64,000 bases of DNA from Candidatus Bathyarchaeota archaeon (GCA_963717465.1 OY970340.1:2560001-2624000); one strand, 5' to 3'. Positions 49,216-60,082 are shown, counted from the first letter of the stretch. Numbers and translations are program-made. The notes: generated by a model from the letters alone, not told the origin.

Positions 49216-49379
49216 GGCACATAAATAGAATCATATTTTTCTTTTTTTCTATTTTATAGAACTTTGCAAGCCTAATTACTTATTGATTCAGAGCTTTTAA
49301 AGGTAAAACAACAAATGGAAGCATATGTGTAATGTCTTTATTTTGTTGGATCGACAGCCGGCACCCTAGAACTAGGGTT

Positions 49380-50315
49380 TTACCCGTTCTTGTGTGCTAA
49401 GCCGATAGCTTCTTCGATGTTTTTTAAATGCTTCTTTCTTAAATAAGCATCTATTCCTTTGTTTATTTCTTGGAAAACCTGCATGCCTTCAAAGGCTATT
49501 GCAGTGCCAATTTGAACTGCGCAGGCTCCGGCTAATAGAAACTCGATTGCGTCTTGCCAATTTGATATTCCACCGCAGCCTATTATTGGCGTGTTTAATT
49601 TTTCATGTATTTCATATACGCATCTTAGCGCTATTGGTTTTATGGCTGGACCTGACAGCCCACCTTTAATGTTACTTAATATTGGATGAGTTGTTTCGGC
49701 ATCAATAGCCATTGCTTTTACAGTGTTAACCGCGGTTATTGCGTCTGCTCCAGCTTTAACTGCGACTTCAGCGATTTCAACGATGTCAGAAACGTTGGGT
49801 GAAAGCTTTACAATTATTGGCTTTTGGACTGACGACCTGACTTTTTCAACTACTTCTTTTAGAATTTTCGGGTTTGCACCTATTTCTGAACCAGTCTGCT
49901 TCACATGCGGACATGAAACGTTTAGTTCAATAGCGTCTGCACCTGCTTCAACTGTTTTTTGAGCAACCGTGGCATATTCTTCCGCAGTATAACCGAAGAC
50001 ACTCACTATTAGGGGCGCATGCACAAGAGTTTTAATGTATTTTATTTCACCTGCAAACTCAGCTATGCCGGGGTTTGGCAAGCCCATAGCGTTGATTAAT
50101 CCATTTTCAGTTTGAACCACAGTTGGATTAGCGTAGCCAATTCTTGGCTCCAGTCCGACTGATTTGGAGACCACTGCTCCTGCACCGCTTTTTACGATTT
50201 GCAACATAGATTCTGCGGTGTAACCGAGTATTCCGGAAGCTAGAATAGTCGGATTTTTAAGCTCTAATGAACATATTTTTGTGCTTAAAGGATTGTTTTG
50301 CAATTTTTCACTCAT
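49380..50315 (-). CDS. pyrD: Dihydroorotate dehydrogenase (class 1B) catalytic subunit
   Basis: NPTILASG, INAMGLPNPG, ELNVSCPH, KLSPN, GGLSGPAIKP. Confidence 0.95.
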   Translation of the reverse strand: MSEKLQNNPLSTKICSLELKNPTILASGILGYTAESMLQIVKSGAGAVVSKSVGLEPRIGYANPTVVQTENGLINAMGLPNPGIAEFAGEIKYIKTLVHAPLIVSVFGYTAEEYATVAQKTVEAGADAIELNVSCPHVKQTGSEIGANPKILKEVVEKVRSSVQKPIIVKLSPNVSDIVEIAEVAVKAGADAITAVNTVKAMAIDAETTHPILSNIKGGLSGPAIKPIALRCVYEIHEKLNTPIIGCGGISNWQDAIEFLLAGACAVQIGTAIAFEGMQVFQEINKGIDAYLRKKHLKNIEEAIGLAHKNG

Positions 50316-50420
50316 TCACAATTAATTCAAGTATATTTAAAGAAATAAATGTTCGTTAGCTAAGAAAATGATTTTTCCTTAGCGGAAAATGATAAGCTTG
50401 CTCGTGATTTCTGGGGGAAG

Positions 50421-50636
50421 CTATTTTTTCTTTTTGAACTGGTCCGCTTCTAATTCTTCGCCGCTTAGGAGAAATTTCAACGATTTGACTTCATCCCGTA
50501 GCATGGTGATTTCGCTTTCCAAAGCTTTTGCTTTTGCTTCCGCCATTCTTTTTAATTCTTCAATTTCAACAAGAAGATTTTTTCTTTCAGCTTCTAAAGC
50601 TTTTATACGTTCCACTGTAGTTTTAAAATTACTCAT
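50421..50636 (-). CDS. Small coiled-coil protein
   Basis: Heptad-rich 71-aa ORF with purine-rich SD. Confidence 0.7.
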   Translation of the reverse strand: MSNFKTTVERIKALEAERKNLLVEIEELKRMAEAKAKALESEITMLRDEVKSLKFLLSGEELEADQFKKKK

Positions 50637-50805
50637 TATTCCCCACTCGGCACTACACCTAATTGCTTGGTAAAACTTAAGACTTTTGGGTTTAGGGACT
50701 TGTTTAACCTCGGAAAAGAGTTATTATTTTAAAGAATACTACATTTTTATATGAGAATAAGCAGTTTTAATTAACTGTTTATGCTTACTTGTTGGATGAA
50801 CCTAA

Positions 50806-52113
50806 ATGAGGAAAACCATATTCAAGAAGCTTGAAGCCCAGGGGCTAATAGCAAATTATAATAGGTTAAGAAAAAATTTGCCACCTAAACTCCCTGAGCG
50901 AACATTCATTTGGGATGAAACATTCAAAGAAGGCATAAAATCACCCACGATTTACTTGACTTATTTTGAACAGGTTAAGCTTGCAAAGTTAATGGATGAA
51001 GTGGGTATTTCTATCATCAACGTTGGTTTTCCAGCCTTATCTGAAGAGGAAAAACGTAATGTTAAACGCATCGTAAATGAAAGTTTTTCCCACGCTAAAC
51101 TTACAGCTTCAGCAGACCCAACAAAGAACAGCATTGATGCATGTTTAGAATGCGGTATAAAGGAGATAACCATTGAATCGCCCGTTAATGGTTTAAATCT
51201 TCAATACCGGTTAAAAACTACTAAAGCGCAAATTCTAAAAAAAATTGAAGAAAGCATCGATTACGCTCGAAAACATGGTGCAGAAGTAAATTTCGTCTTA
51301 ATTGACGGCACGAGAACGCCGCTTGAAGACATTTTAGAAACGTTTCAGTTAGCAGTTAAAGCTGGAGCAACCAAACTGGTAATTGCTGATTCTGTTGGTT
51401 TTATAAGACCATTATCGATGCGTTACCTCATATCACACATCAGTGATGGGTTGCCTGATTCAATCCGAAAAAAGGTGCCGCTTTCAATTCACTGCCACAA
51501 TGATTTCGGTTTGGCAACGGCAAACACGCTAGCTGCCGTGGAGGAAGGCGTATCTTACTTACATACGTGCATCGCTGGGTTTTGGGGGACGCGCAGGAAT
51601 AGCACCGTTTGAAGAGGTTGTTACAGCAACAGAACTGCTCTATAATATTGACACAGGAATTGATCTTGGAAAAATAACTAGGCTAGCTCAAGCTGCCGAA
51701 AAAGGATTTGCCTTGCCCATTCAATTTCACAAGCCGATAATCGGCGAAAACATCTTCGCCCAAGAAGTAGAAAAAGAAGTTGACGAAATGTTAGAGCATC
51801 CATTGGTTTATGTGCCATATCCGCCTGAAATTGTTGGGACGAGAAACAAGTGTTTTTATCGGAAGAAACACTAGTCACGCTGTTAATTCAGCAACTTTTG
51901 GAAAAAGCAGGAATTAGAGCATCACCTCGGCAAATGGATGAGGTATTTAGGCGTATTAAAGGTCCTAGTGAAGGCTTAGATAAAGGCGAAGCCCAAATGA
52001 CCTATTACCAAGTGAAAAAGTTAATGAAAGATTTGCAGAAGGGGTATACGATGGATGAATTCTGGCGTTTAGTGGAGCAAGTAACAAGGCAAAAACCAAA
52101 GCTGCTTACCTAA
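50806..52113 (+). CDS. Isopropylmalate/homocitrate synthase-family (DRE-TIM) homologue, multiply frameshifted
   Basis: VGFPALS, ADSVG, HCHNDFGLATANTL; continues after shifts near 51585 and 51835-51880 via RAGIAPFEEVV...HKPIIGENIFA...YPPEIVG. Confidence 0.8.
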
Positions 52114-52141
52114 AACATCGCCAAAAGAATTATCCATGCAA

Positions 52142-53173
52142 TCATCTGAAGCAAGTCCAAGCTAACTTAAAGCCTAATTGCTGTTTTATTTTTTCTTTTT
52201 CTTTAAAGGACATAATTTTGGGATAATTGTAGAATGGCCCGCTTGGCTTTTCGTTATAGAAGGGGCGGTTACAATTGGGACATCCTGAAGTTAAGAAAGG
52301 AACTCCAGTTTCAACTATTTTTTCTAACTGCCCTTTTTTAAGCCCGAAACTCGTTATTTTTCCTGCTTCGTCGAAGCCAAAACTTTCGCAGCGTGATGAG
52401 CCTTTAACTATCAAGAATCTAGCTAATTGCACTCGTCGGTAAGCTTCAATTTTAGGCTGAGCACTATTTTCCAGCGCTGTGCCTTTTATGGGTGTAAAAG
52501 CAAACAAGGCAGGCAAAACATTCATATCAAAACATGCCTGAATAGCTGTAACAGCGTCTTTCTCAGTTTCACCCAAACCCACAATCAAATGTGTGCTTAC
52601 GTTTCCTTTTCCCAAGAGTTTAGTCGCCATTTCTAATTGTTTAAACTGGTTTTGCCAAGTGTAACAGCCTCCAGCATCTAAACCCTTAACTTTATTGAAT
52701 AAAACCTCTGATGATGCATCTAAAGCGATTCCAAGACGGTTTACGCCTGCTTGTACAAGGAGCTGAATGTTTTTCGCAGTTTGAGGTTGGCATGAAACTG
52801 AAACTTCAATTGAAGACTTATTCTTTAATTCTTTAACTATTGCTTCAAGATGTTGGAAAACATTAGGATAATTCAGTGCTTGAATACACACACGTTTTAT
52901 TTTGCCTTGTTCAAACGCAGTTTTAATCGCAATTATCACGTTTAATGTTGGAAACGTTGGCCATGAAACTCTTGAAAGCAGTTCTGCTTTGCTTTGGCTT
53001 TTTCTGGCTTGAGGGCAAAATCCACAGTTTGCAGTACACTTGCCAGCATTATAAGTCATCAAGTATGCTGCTGTAGGTTCAGCATCAAGTTTACCCTCTG
53101 CCAAGCCTATGACAATAGCTGTCCCCGTTGAAACCCGTATTTGCAAAGGCAAACTTGTTTCTTTTTCAAGCAA
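52142..53173 (-). CDS. lipS2: Radical SAM protein, LipS2-type lipoyl synthase component
   Basis: CTANCGFC radical SAM motif and C-terminal TSGCPNCNRP, matching the TxGCPxC(N/D)RP signature described for LipS2. Confidence 0.75.
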   Translation of the reverse strand: MLEKETSLPLQIRVSTGTAIVIGLAEGKLDAEPTAAYLMTYNAGKCTANCGFCPQARKSQSKAELLSRVSWPTFPTLNVIIAIKTAFEQGKIKRVCIQALNYPNVFQHLEAIVKELKNKSSIEVSVSCQPQTAKNIQLLVQAGVNRLGIALDASSEVLFNKVKGLDAGGCYTWQNQFKQLEMATKLLGKGNVSTHLIVGLGETEKDAVTAIQACFDMNVLPALFAFTPIKGTALENSAQPKIEAYRRVQLARFLIVKGSSRCESFGFDEAGKITSFGLKKGQLEKIVETGVPFLTSGCPNCNRPFYNEKPSGPFYNYPKIMSFKEKEKIKQQLGFKLAWTCFR

Positions 53174-53311
53174 TATGGTACACCGCTGGACTTATGAGAA
53201 GTGTACAAGTGGAATGTATATTAGTTTTAGGTTAAGAATGAGCGTTTTCCTATTGTTTTTGAATAAAAAAGATGATATGTGAGCACTTATAAGATAATTT
53301 TACCTACGTAA

Positions 53312-53707
53312 TTAGTATTCAACGTCTGGGAGAGCTTTTGCAAGGTCAGCCATGTGTCCTAAAGCTTTAACATTCTTCATCATCTTGGAGAACGGTCCTT
53401 CAATCTTGTATTTTCCGGTAACTGATGCCTTCTGAGCATTAATAGTACCTTGAATTACTCCAGCCCAAGTTATGTAGTCAGCCTTAAACTTGAAGTCAAC
53501 TGGCTCCTCAGCATTCCCCGGCTTAACAGAAACCTTACCATGATCCCACGTAGCAATCCAAGTCATCGGACCAGTATCTGTTGGTTTATCAGTGAAGATA
53601 TAAGCCCACTTCTCCGTCATATTCGCCTCATTCATAATCTTATCATCACTCATAGCCTTAGACCATAAATCATAATACGCTTGCGTAGCATACTTTACTT
53701 TCGCCAT
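53312..53707 (-). CDS. SCP2 sterol/lipid-binding domain protein
   Basis: DFKFKADYITWAGVIQGTINAQKASVTGKYKIEG; GAGGAGGTGA SD. Confidence 0.8.
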   Translation of the reverse strand: MAKVKYATQAYYDLWSKAMSDDKIMNEANMTEKWAYIFTDKPTDTGPMTWIATWDHGKVSVKPGNAEEPVDFKFKADYITWAGVIQGTINAQKASVTGKYKIEGPFSKMMKNVKALGHMADLAKALPDVEY

Positions 53708-53849
53708 CTTGTCACCTCCTCAACTATCCAACCAATGGTTGCCTATCGCTTATTCTAAAAAGCAAATATAAGGCTTACTTTAGTTAGCGCTTGCAGAAAA
53801 GCACTAACCAAGCTTTTTTACTGTATATTGGTTTAATCTGAATATTGTG

Positions 53850-54836
53850 TTAGTCTTCTTTTTCGGTTTTGTCTTCTTGTGTACGTCGAGCCCACTCAGT
53901 TCTTCTATCAGTCATTAAAAAGTAGCGTGCCTCTCCTTTGGCAGCCTTGGGAATATAAGCACGCGGTAAAGTCCCAACGCCTCGTATTAGGATCAATCGA
54001 GCGGCTTCTTTGGTTCTATTACATGCCATGAGTTCAACTTCTCCGTACGGGCACCACACTTTACATAAATCACCCAGAGGACATTGAACTCTAACGCTAC
54101 CATCTTTGCGGAGAAATAGAACAGCATCAACGTCGACGGCTGAAGGAGCGCACTCGCATATTACCATTCTTGCGCACTCAAGTTTGTTGCTTTCTTGAGG
54201 AGAAATAGAAAATGGAGGATACTCTTTATGAAATCTTGTGTAGCCAATCGTTCTTGCTTTTTCAGCAGCTTCCTCTTTGGAAGTTCCAGTTGCAACTACA
54301 TGCAATGACTCCCTGTCTCTGCAAACCCAAAAAGCATCAAAACCTCGATATTTCGAGAATACAGGATACAGGTAAGCTTCTTTGTCCTTCAAGACAGGTC
54401 TTTCTTGGGTTGCTGATAACTCTTTTCCGAAAATGACCGAAAGCTTTTCTGGAGAAACGGTTTCTTTTTCTGACAAAATCGCGCTAGTTGCGGAGCCACC
54501 TTCGCCTAACACTTTTTTTAAAGCGTGTGAAAAAGTAGGCAGGGACTTGTATTCTCCCTCCATTTGGAGAAAGCCTCTGTATATCCTATGTAACCCAACA
54601 CGTGATCCACGAATTTTCACGAAAATTGCGTAAGGATCAATTTTTCGCAGCTCTTTTACGGAGTTCTCAACATCGTTTCTTTTTCCTCTTATCACTATGC
54701 CACTACAGGTTTCTCTCACGTTAACTGGCAGAGGCATTGTGGCGCCGTGGAGATAGGCAGGAGTTACCCAAGAATCGGGAGAGATAACAATCTCCATCGA
54801 TATTACATCGTCTTTGTTATCATCATTTTTACTCAT
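53850..54836 (-). CDS. Methanogenesis marker 6-like domain with Cys-rich C-terminal extension
   Basis: IVISPDSWVTP...VRETCSGIVIRG...LRKIDPYAIFVKIRG...GFLQMEGE resembles Mmp6 as recalled; adjacent to Mmp5 and Mmp15 homologues. Confidence 0.7.
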   Translation of the reverse strand: MSKNDDNKDDVISMEIVISPDSWVTPAYLHGATMPLPVNVRETCSGIVIRGKRNDVENSVKELRKIDPYAIFVKIRGSRVGLHRIYRGFLQMEGEYKSLPTFSHALKKVLGEGGSATSAILSEKETVSPEKLSVIFGKELSATQERPVLKDKEAYLYPVFSKYRGFDAFWVCRDRESLHVVATGTSKEEAAEKARTIGYTRFHKEYPPFSISPQESNKLECARMVICECAPSAVDVDAVLFLRKDGSVRVQCPLGDLCKVWCPYGEVELMACNRTKEAARLILIRGVGTLPRAYIPKAAKGEARYFLMTDRRTEWARRTQEDKTEKED

Positions 54837-56076
54837 TGTTTTTTTCTCCTGAAGCTAATATTGCAGCGCCTACAGCACCAGCATACTGCGGAAATTTTGG
54901 AACCAAAACTTTCGCGTTTATAACGTTTTCAAATGCTGCAACTAAACCCTTGTTCAAAGAAGCCCCTCCAGTTACAATCACCGGTTCCCGCAAATCTATT
55001 TCCTGCAACTGTTGTTCGAAAAACTGTTCAGCAACACTTTGACAAGCTGCTGCTGCTACATCCTCTCTTCGTATGCCTGAAGCCAAAGCACCAGCGATAT
55101 CCTGCATTCCAAAAACAATGCAATAAGCATTCATAACAACACTCTTTGGATCGCCTTGTAATGCTAAATCACCCAGACTGTTAATATCAACGCCGATTCG
55201 GTTGGCAGCAACTTCCAAGAACCTGCCCGAGCCTCCTGCACATATGCTTCCGACCGTGAAACAATCAGGAACACCATTGTGAATAGACATGGCTTTGCTA
55301 TCTGTACCTCCTATGTCAATTATAGTAGCGTACCCATCCTGTTTATTAGCGAGAAAAGAGGCTCCTTTCGCACTTACTGTAATTTCTTCCAACGCAACAT
55401 TGGCATTAAACACTTTGCCCAAAATTTCCCGGCCATAACCAGTGACGCCCACTGCATCCAACTGGTTCATTTTCAGTGATGCTTTCTTAAGGGCTTCTTC
55501 AGCTGCTTTACGACCAGTTTCTAATATATCAGTTGTGGGAAGCCACGCTAAGCTGACTATTTGCCCGTCTTTCATAACTGCGGCCTTAGTCATGGTTGAA
55601 CCGGAGTCTACGCCTAAGGTAATGCCAACTTGTTTCTGCGTTGATAGGAGTTTTCTTTGATTAACTAAATTAGCGAGCGCTTCCATTCTGAGAAGCAAGT
55701 TTCGCTTCATGGTTCGCTCAGTGAATGAATAAACCATGACTGGGATATCGAGTTTGGATTGAAGGTACTTCCTAATTATATGCTTTACAAGGGCTCCTTC
55801 ACCGCAACGGAAACAGGTTAAAATCATTGCTGCATCAACCCAGAAACCGGCTGAATCAGGTCTTTTTTCAACAAGAGATAGAGCTTGGCCAAGCATAACT
55901 TTCAATGCATTGCTGGCGGGAACAAAACCTAACTGTTCTTCTGCACGTTTTATCTCTCCAGTAGTGGTTTCTGGAATGGAAATATCAGCATTAGCGGTTG
56001 CTGCTGCCTTATCAACTTCATTTTGGATGCCGCTCCATTCGGTGCCGCATGAAATCTGTGCAATTTTGATGGTCAC
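54829..56076 (-). CDS. Methanogenesis marker 15-like BcrAD/BadFG-family ATPase (activase)
   Basis: KIAQISCGTEWSGIQ, TCFRCGEGAL, YSFTERT, GVDSGSTMTKA, TGYGR, DIGGTDSK, ICAGGSGRFLE, YCIVFG. Confidence 0.88.
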   Translation of the reverse strand: MTIKIAQISCGTEWSGIQNEVDKAAATANADISIPETTTGEIKRAEEQLGFVPASNALKVMLGQALSLVEKRPDSAGFWVDAAMILTCFRCGEGALVKHIIRKYLQSKLDIPVMVYSFTERTMKRNLLLRMEALANLVNQRKLLSTQKQVGITLGVDSGSTMTKAAVMKDGQIVSLAWLPTTDILETGRKAAEEALKKASLKMNQLDAVGVTGYGREILGKVFNANVALEEITVSAKGASFLANKQDGYATIIDIGGTDSKAMSIHNGVPDCFTVGSICAGGSGRFLEVAANRIGVDINSLGDLALQGDPKSVVMNAYCIVFGMQDIAGALASGIRREDVAAAACQSVAEQFFEQQLQEIDLREPVIVTGGASLNKGLVAAFENVINAKVLVPKFPQYAGAVGAAILASGEKNNE

Positions 56077-56522
56077 TGCTTCAACTCCTTTTCAGGCTGT
56101 TTAAGGAAGTTAACTACTTTTTGAACAAAAACCACTGCTTCCTCTTCATTGCGTGGATAACTTAGCGAAAGAATCGGAATATCTCGCTGTCTAACCATGT
56201 ATTTCGCGAATTCATTTGCTCTAGCACAACCTGAACTGCCAAAGGCTATTTCAGAATTTTCCACAAGAATTGCAACATCAGCCTGCTGCACCAAGGGCGC
56301 CAGCACATTTATTCTTCCTCTGACCCCGGATGGGACATCAACCGAACAATATTTTAGAGCTTCTCGCGGCTCTTTGTAAGTTATGCCGTATGGTGGCGAA
56401 TCAAAAGTGGCAATTTTTGCACGTTTACTAATTTCTTCCATTATAGCTAAAGGCTCATGACCAAGCCTTTTCACCATATCATACAAAACCAGACTATTGT
56501 ACGGGAAAATGAAGACCTTCAA
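56073..56522 (-). CDS. Methanogenesis marker 5-like protein
   Basis: MKVFIFPYNSLVLYDMVKRLGHEPL, DSPP, LKY..VDVPSGVRGR, AFG.SGCARANE. Confidence 0.88.
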   Translation of the reverse strand: MKVFIFPYNSLVLYDMVKRLGHEPLAIMEEISKRAKIATFDSPPYGITYKEPREALKYCSVDVPSGVRGRINVLAPLVQQADVAILVENSEIAFGSSGCARANEFAKYMVRQRDIPILSLSYPRNEEEAVVFVQKVVNFLKQPEKELKQ

Positions 56523-56804
56523 ACACCTGACCTCTAGTTAACGTCTCAAAAGCTCATTAAAGATTATTTCGGTATTTTCATGTATTTCCTTATCGTAAAA
56601 GTTTCTAGATGATTTAGACAAAAATGGACCTGATAAGTTTTTACAGTGGATTCATTAAGGAAACTTAAATAACGATTGTTTACTTGCAAAAACTTGCATA
56701 TTACACTATTGTTTAGTTTTGACGGAAAGTTATAAATTGTTAAGATGCTATTAGGAGTAAATATATAGTATTTGAGCTATTGATGTAAAAAAGAGGATAG
56801 GAAA

Positions 56805-57552
56805 TTGAGCACTCACGCAGAAGATTTGAAGCTTCGGTTAATGACGATTGAACTTTTAAGAACTGCCAAGTATAAACGTAATATTACTTATCGAGAATTA
56901 GCTTCCAAAACAGGTTTACCAGTCACCGTTTTAAGCCGATACGCAAAAGGACACGTTTTACCCAACACCACACGCGCAAGACAACTTGGACGGATTCTTA
57001 CTAAACTAGTGGGTTTAGAAGCAGAGTTGCGGAGCAGAATAAAATTTGATGACACAGGATATTTCGATAACACTGAAATAGTGGGTGACTACAACATCCT
57101 TCAGCAAGCAGCAAATCATGCTCTTGCCAATTTTGCTGGAAAAAGAGTAACAAAAGTATTAACTGCCGCCGTAGATGGCATTCCGTTAGCCACCATGGTT
57201 GCTAACTCATTAGGAGTTAATCTTAATCGTCGCAAAAAGAAACAAGGAAGTAGGCGTTAAAGCCTTCCTTGAAGAAACATACATTCTAGGAAGAGATTCC
57301 GGAGTAACAGTGACACTTTACATTCCAAAAGAAGCAATAAAAAAACGTGACAGCGTTCTCGTAGTAGACGACATGATTAAAAGCGGAGAAACCCAGGAAG
57401 CACTAGTTAACCTCGTTAAAAAATCGAAGGCTGAGATTTCAGGCGTTTTCTCGCTCATCGCCGTCGGTGAGGAATGGAAGAAACGACTCAAATTCGGCGA
57501 CGACGCTCCAGTTGAAGTAGTCACTTACCTCAAATCACCAATCGACAACTAA
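56805..57552 (+). CDS. HTH + phosphoribosyltransferase-domain protein (PurR/Apt-like; frameshift near 57223)
   Basis: TYRELASKTGLPVTVLSRY HTH; LTAAVDGIPLA; VLVVDDMIKSGET PRPP motif in the second frame. Confidence 0.85.
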
Positions 57553-57599
57553 AATAAACAATTTTTAACGACCAATTTCGTTCATTTGAGGTTTAGCAA

Positions 57600-58599
57600 T
57601 TGAGAACTATAGAGTGGAAAAATGGAACAGTTATAACCATTGACCAAACAAAACTGCCCAATGAAACAGTAACTTTAAAAATCAAAACAGTTGAAGAAAT
57701 GGCTGAAGCAATAAAAACTCTGCGCATCCGTGGTGCTCCATTGCTGGGGGCAGCAGCTGCATTCGGTGTTGCGTTGGCGGCTTACAATTCAAAAACACAA
57801 AATAAAGAAGAATTGCTAGCTGAATTAGAGGACGCTGGTGCAGTAATTAAGCGCCAAAGACCAACAGCTGTAAACCTTTTTTGGGGTGTTGATCGCGTCT
57901 TTAAAAAAGCACACGAATTTTCAGGAAGCACGGATGAATTAAGAGCATTGGTTATTGCTGAAGCACAAAAGATTCTTGAGGAAGATGCAGAACAGAACCG
58001 TGCAATCGGTCGAAACGGTGCAGTACTTATTAAAGATGGTGATACAATTTTAACTCATTGCAATGCGGGCGAACTGGCAACTGTTGAATATGGCACTGCG
58101 TTGGGAGTTATTACGGGCTGCTTGGGAACAAGGCAAAAAAATCAAGGTTATTGCTGATGAAACTCGGCCGCTACTGCAAGGTGCAAGGCTAACAACTTAT
58201 GAGCTTAAACGTGCAGGTATACCTGTGACTTTGATTACTGATAACATGGCTGGCTTTATCATGCAAAAAGGGCTTGTTGACAAGGTTATTGTTGGCGCAG
58301 ACCGGATTGTTCAGGATGCTGTTATTAATAAAATTGGTACTTTTTCAGTTGCCGTGTTAGCGCATGAACATAAATTGCCTTTTTATGTTGCGGCGCCAAA
58401 ATCCACGTTTGACTTAGCCCATAAGGCTGCTGATGTTACAATAGAAGAGCGAAAACCTGAAGAAGTTACACACATTGGTAATCAAAGGATCGCTACAGAA
58501 GGCGTAGCAGTTTATAATCCTGCTTTTGATATAACACCGTTGAAATATGTCTCGGCAATTATCTGTGAAAGTCAGAGTCTATTACCAAAAAGATTTTAG
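57600..58599 (+). CDS. mtnA: Methylthioribose-1-phosphate isomerase / eIF2B-family (frameshift near 58112)
   Basis: [57 protein letters not shown]. Confidence 0.88.
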
Positions 58600-58668
58600 T
58601 AAATTCAAGAACAGAAAAGGAATTGCCCAAAAATCAAAGAAGCCAATAAAATCAAGTTGATTATTCAA

Positions 58669-59224
58669 ATGAGCAAAAACGAAAAGACTACACCTGTCGA
58701 ATTCAAGACCAGCGGCGTCCTCTTAGAAAAAGGAAGTAAAAATAAAAGAAAAAAGCAGCATTGATGCGCTCTCCAGCCGCGGATACGGAACTATGGAGAA
58801 CGATGTTTTTAAGCTAACGTTTTACGAAGCGTTATATCTTTTAGATAAGGGCATGCTTGAGGTTAAAGATAAGAAAGATAACGTTTTGGATTTTCAGAGT
58901 CTTCTCCATTGTTACGAGGCTGTTGATGAGAATGCTTGGGTTAACTACTTGGTTTACAGAGACCTTCGCAGTCGAGGTTACGTTGTCAGGGAAGGATTCG
59001 GCGCTGGAACGGATTTTCGGATTTACGAACGGGGAGCATACGGGAAAGAAACTGCTTCGTACTTGGTTTTAAGTTGTCAAGAGGGAAAACCCTTGGTGAT
59101 TGATGATTTAGCCAATGCCCTATCACAGTGTCAAAGCCAAAAAAAGGAATTAGTATTAGCTGTAATGAATCGTCGGGGCGAAATAGTGCATTATTCTGTT
59201 TCTGAATTAAAATTTGGCAAATAA
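58669..59224 (+). CDS. endA: tRNA-intron endonuclease catalytic subunit-like (frameshift near 58735)
   Basis: RGYG, LTFYEALYL, YLVYRDLRSRGYVVREGFGAGTDFRIYERG; upstream ATG 58669 is in another frame. Confidence 0.8.
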
Positions 59225-60082
59225 CTTTTCATCGACCTGTCGTAACAAACCATTGAGAACTAAAATTTTTAGCTTTTGCTTCTTTAAGTTTTTTGCGGCT
59301 GCGTCTATTTGTTGTCCAAGAATTCTTGCGTTGATATTGCCTATGCCTTTCTCACTCGCTTTGCACAAGTACTTAATGTTGCTTGGGTCATAACCCATAA
59401 CTCTGGACGCGACTGCATCTGTTGCAACGACATCGTCTCCCGCGACAATTAAGTCGTTCTTTATCGATTTTCCGCTGTCAACTTTTCCTTCCAAGCCAAA
59501 AAAACCGCTTATAACGGTTAGCTTAGGTTTAATAACAGTGTTGATGTCGACAGCCACATTTTCTATTCCTTTTGCATAATACTTTGTTTTAGCCTTATCC
59601 ATTATCAGTCCAAATAGGTTTTTCATGCCCAGAGTAGCCCTTGTTCCAGCGCTGATTATTGCTGATTCCGTCACTAATCGGGGAACAGTTACAGTTTTTA
59701 GTTTTTCCGGATTGGGAATTGTCAGTTTTACTTTCTTTTTAGCATCGCTTAAGTCAATGCACTCAACGCCGTTTCGGGTACACATTTCTTTTAATCTGGT
59801 TGCTTCGAAAAGCTCATTAGCGTTAGTCAGTGCTGACTCTGATTCCGCAACATAAATCTCTTTTATTTTCAAATCCTTTAACTTTAGAATAATTGCTTCG
59901 ATTACTAATGGATCTGCGGTTGCACTGCTGTCCATTAATTTGCTAACGATAAAGTTTATTTTAATAAGTACTTTATCAAAGCCCGCCAGAGCCTTTTTGT
60001 AATCGATTAAATCAAGGGCTTCAAAAACTGGTTTGTGCCCAAACTCTCCTTCAACAATTGCAACATTAGGCAAATTTTCCAT
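59207..60082 (-). CDS. DUF362-family protein (divergent)
   Basis: KVLIKINF, TLGMKNLFG, GDDVVATDAVASRMGYDP-like C-terminal motif. Confidence 0.75.
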   Translation of the reverse strand: MENLPNVAIVEGEFGHKPVFEALDLIDYKKALAGFDKVLIKINFIVSKLMDSSATADPLVIEAIILKLKDLKIKEIYVAESESALTNANELFEATRLKEMCTRNGVECIDLSDAKKKVKLTIPNPEKLKTVTVPRLVTESAIISAGTRATLGMKNLFGLIMDKAKTKYYAKGIENVAVDINTVIKPKLTVISGFFGLEGKVDSGKSIKNDLIVAGDDVVATDAVASRVMGYDPSNIKYLCKASEKGIGNINARILGQQIDAAAKNLKKQKLKILVLNGLLRQVDEKLFAKF

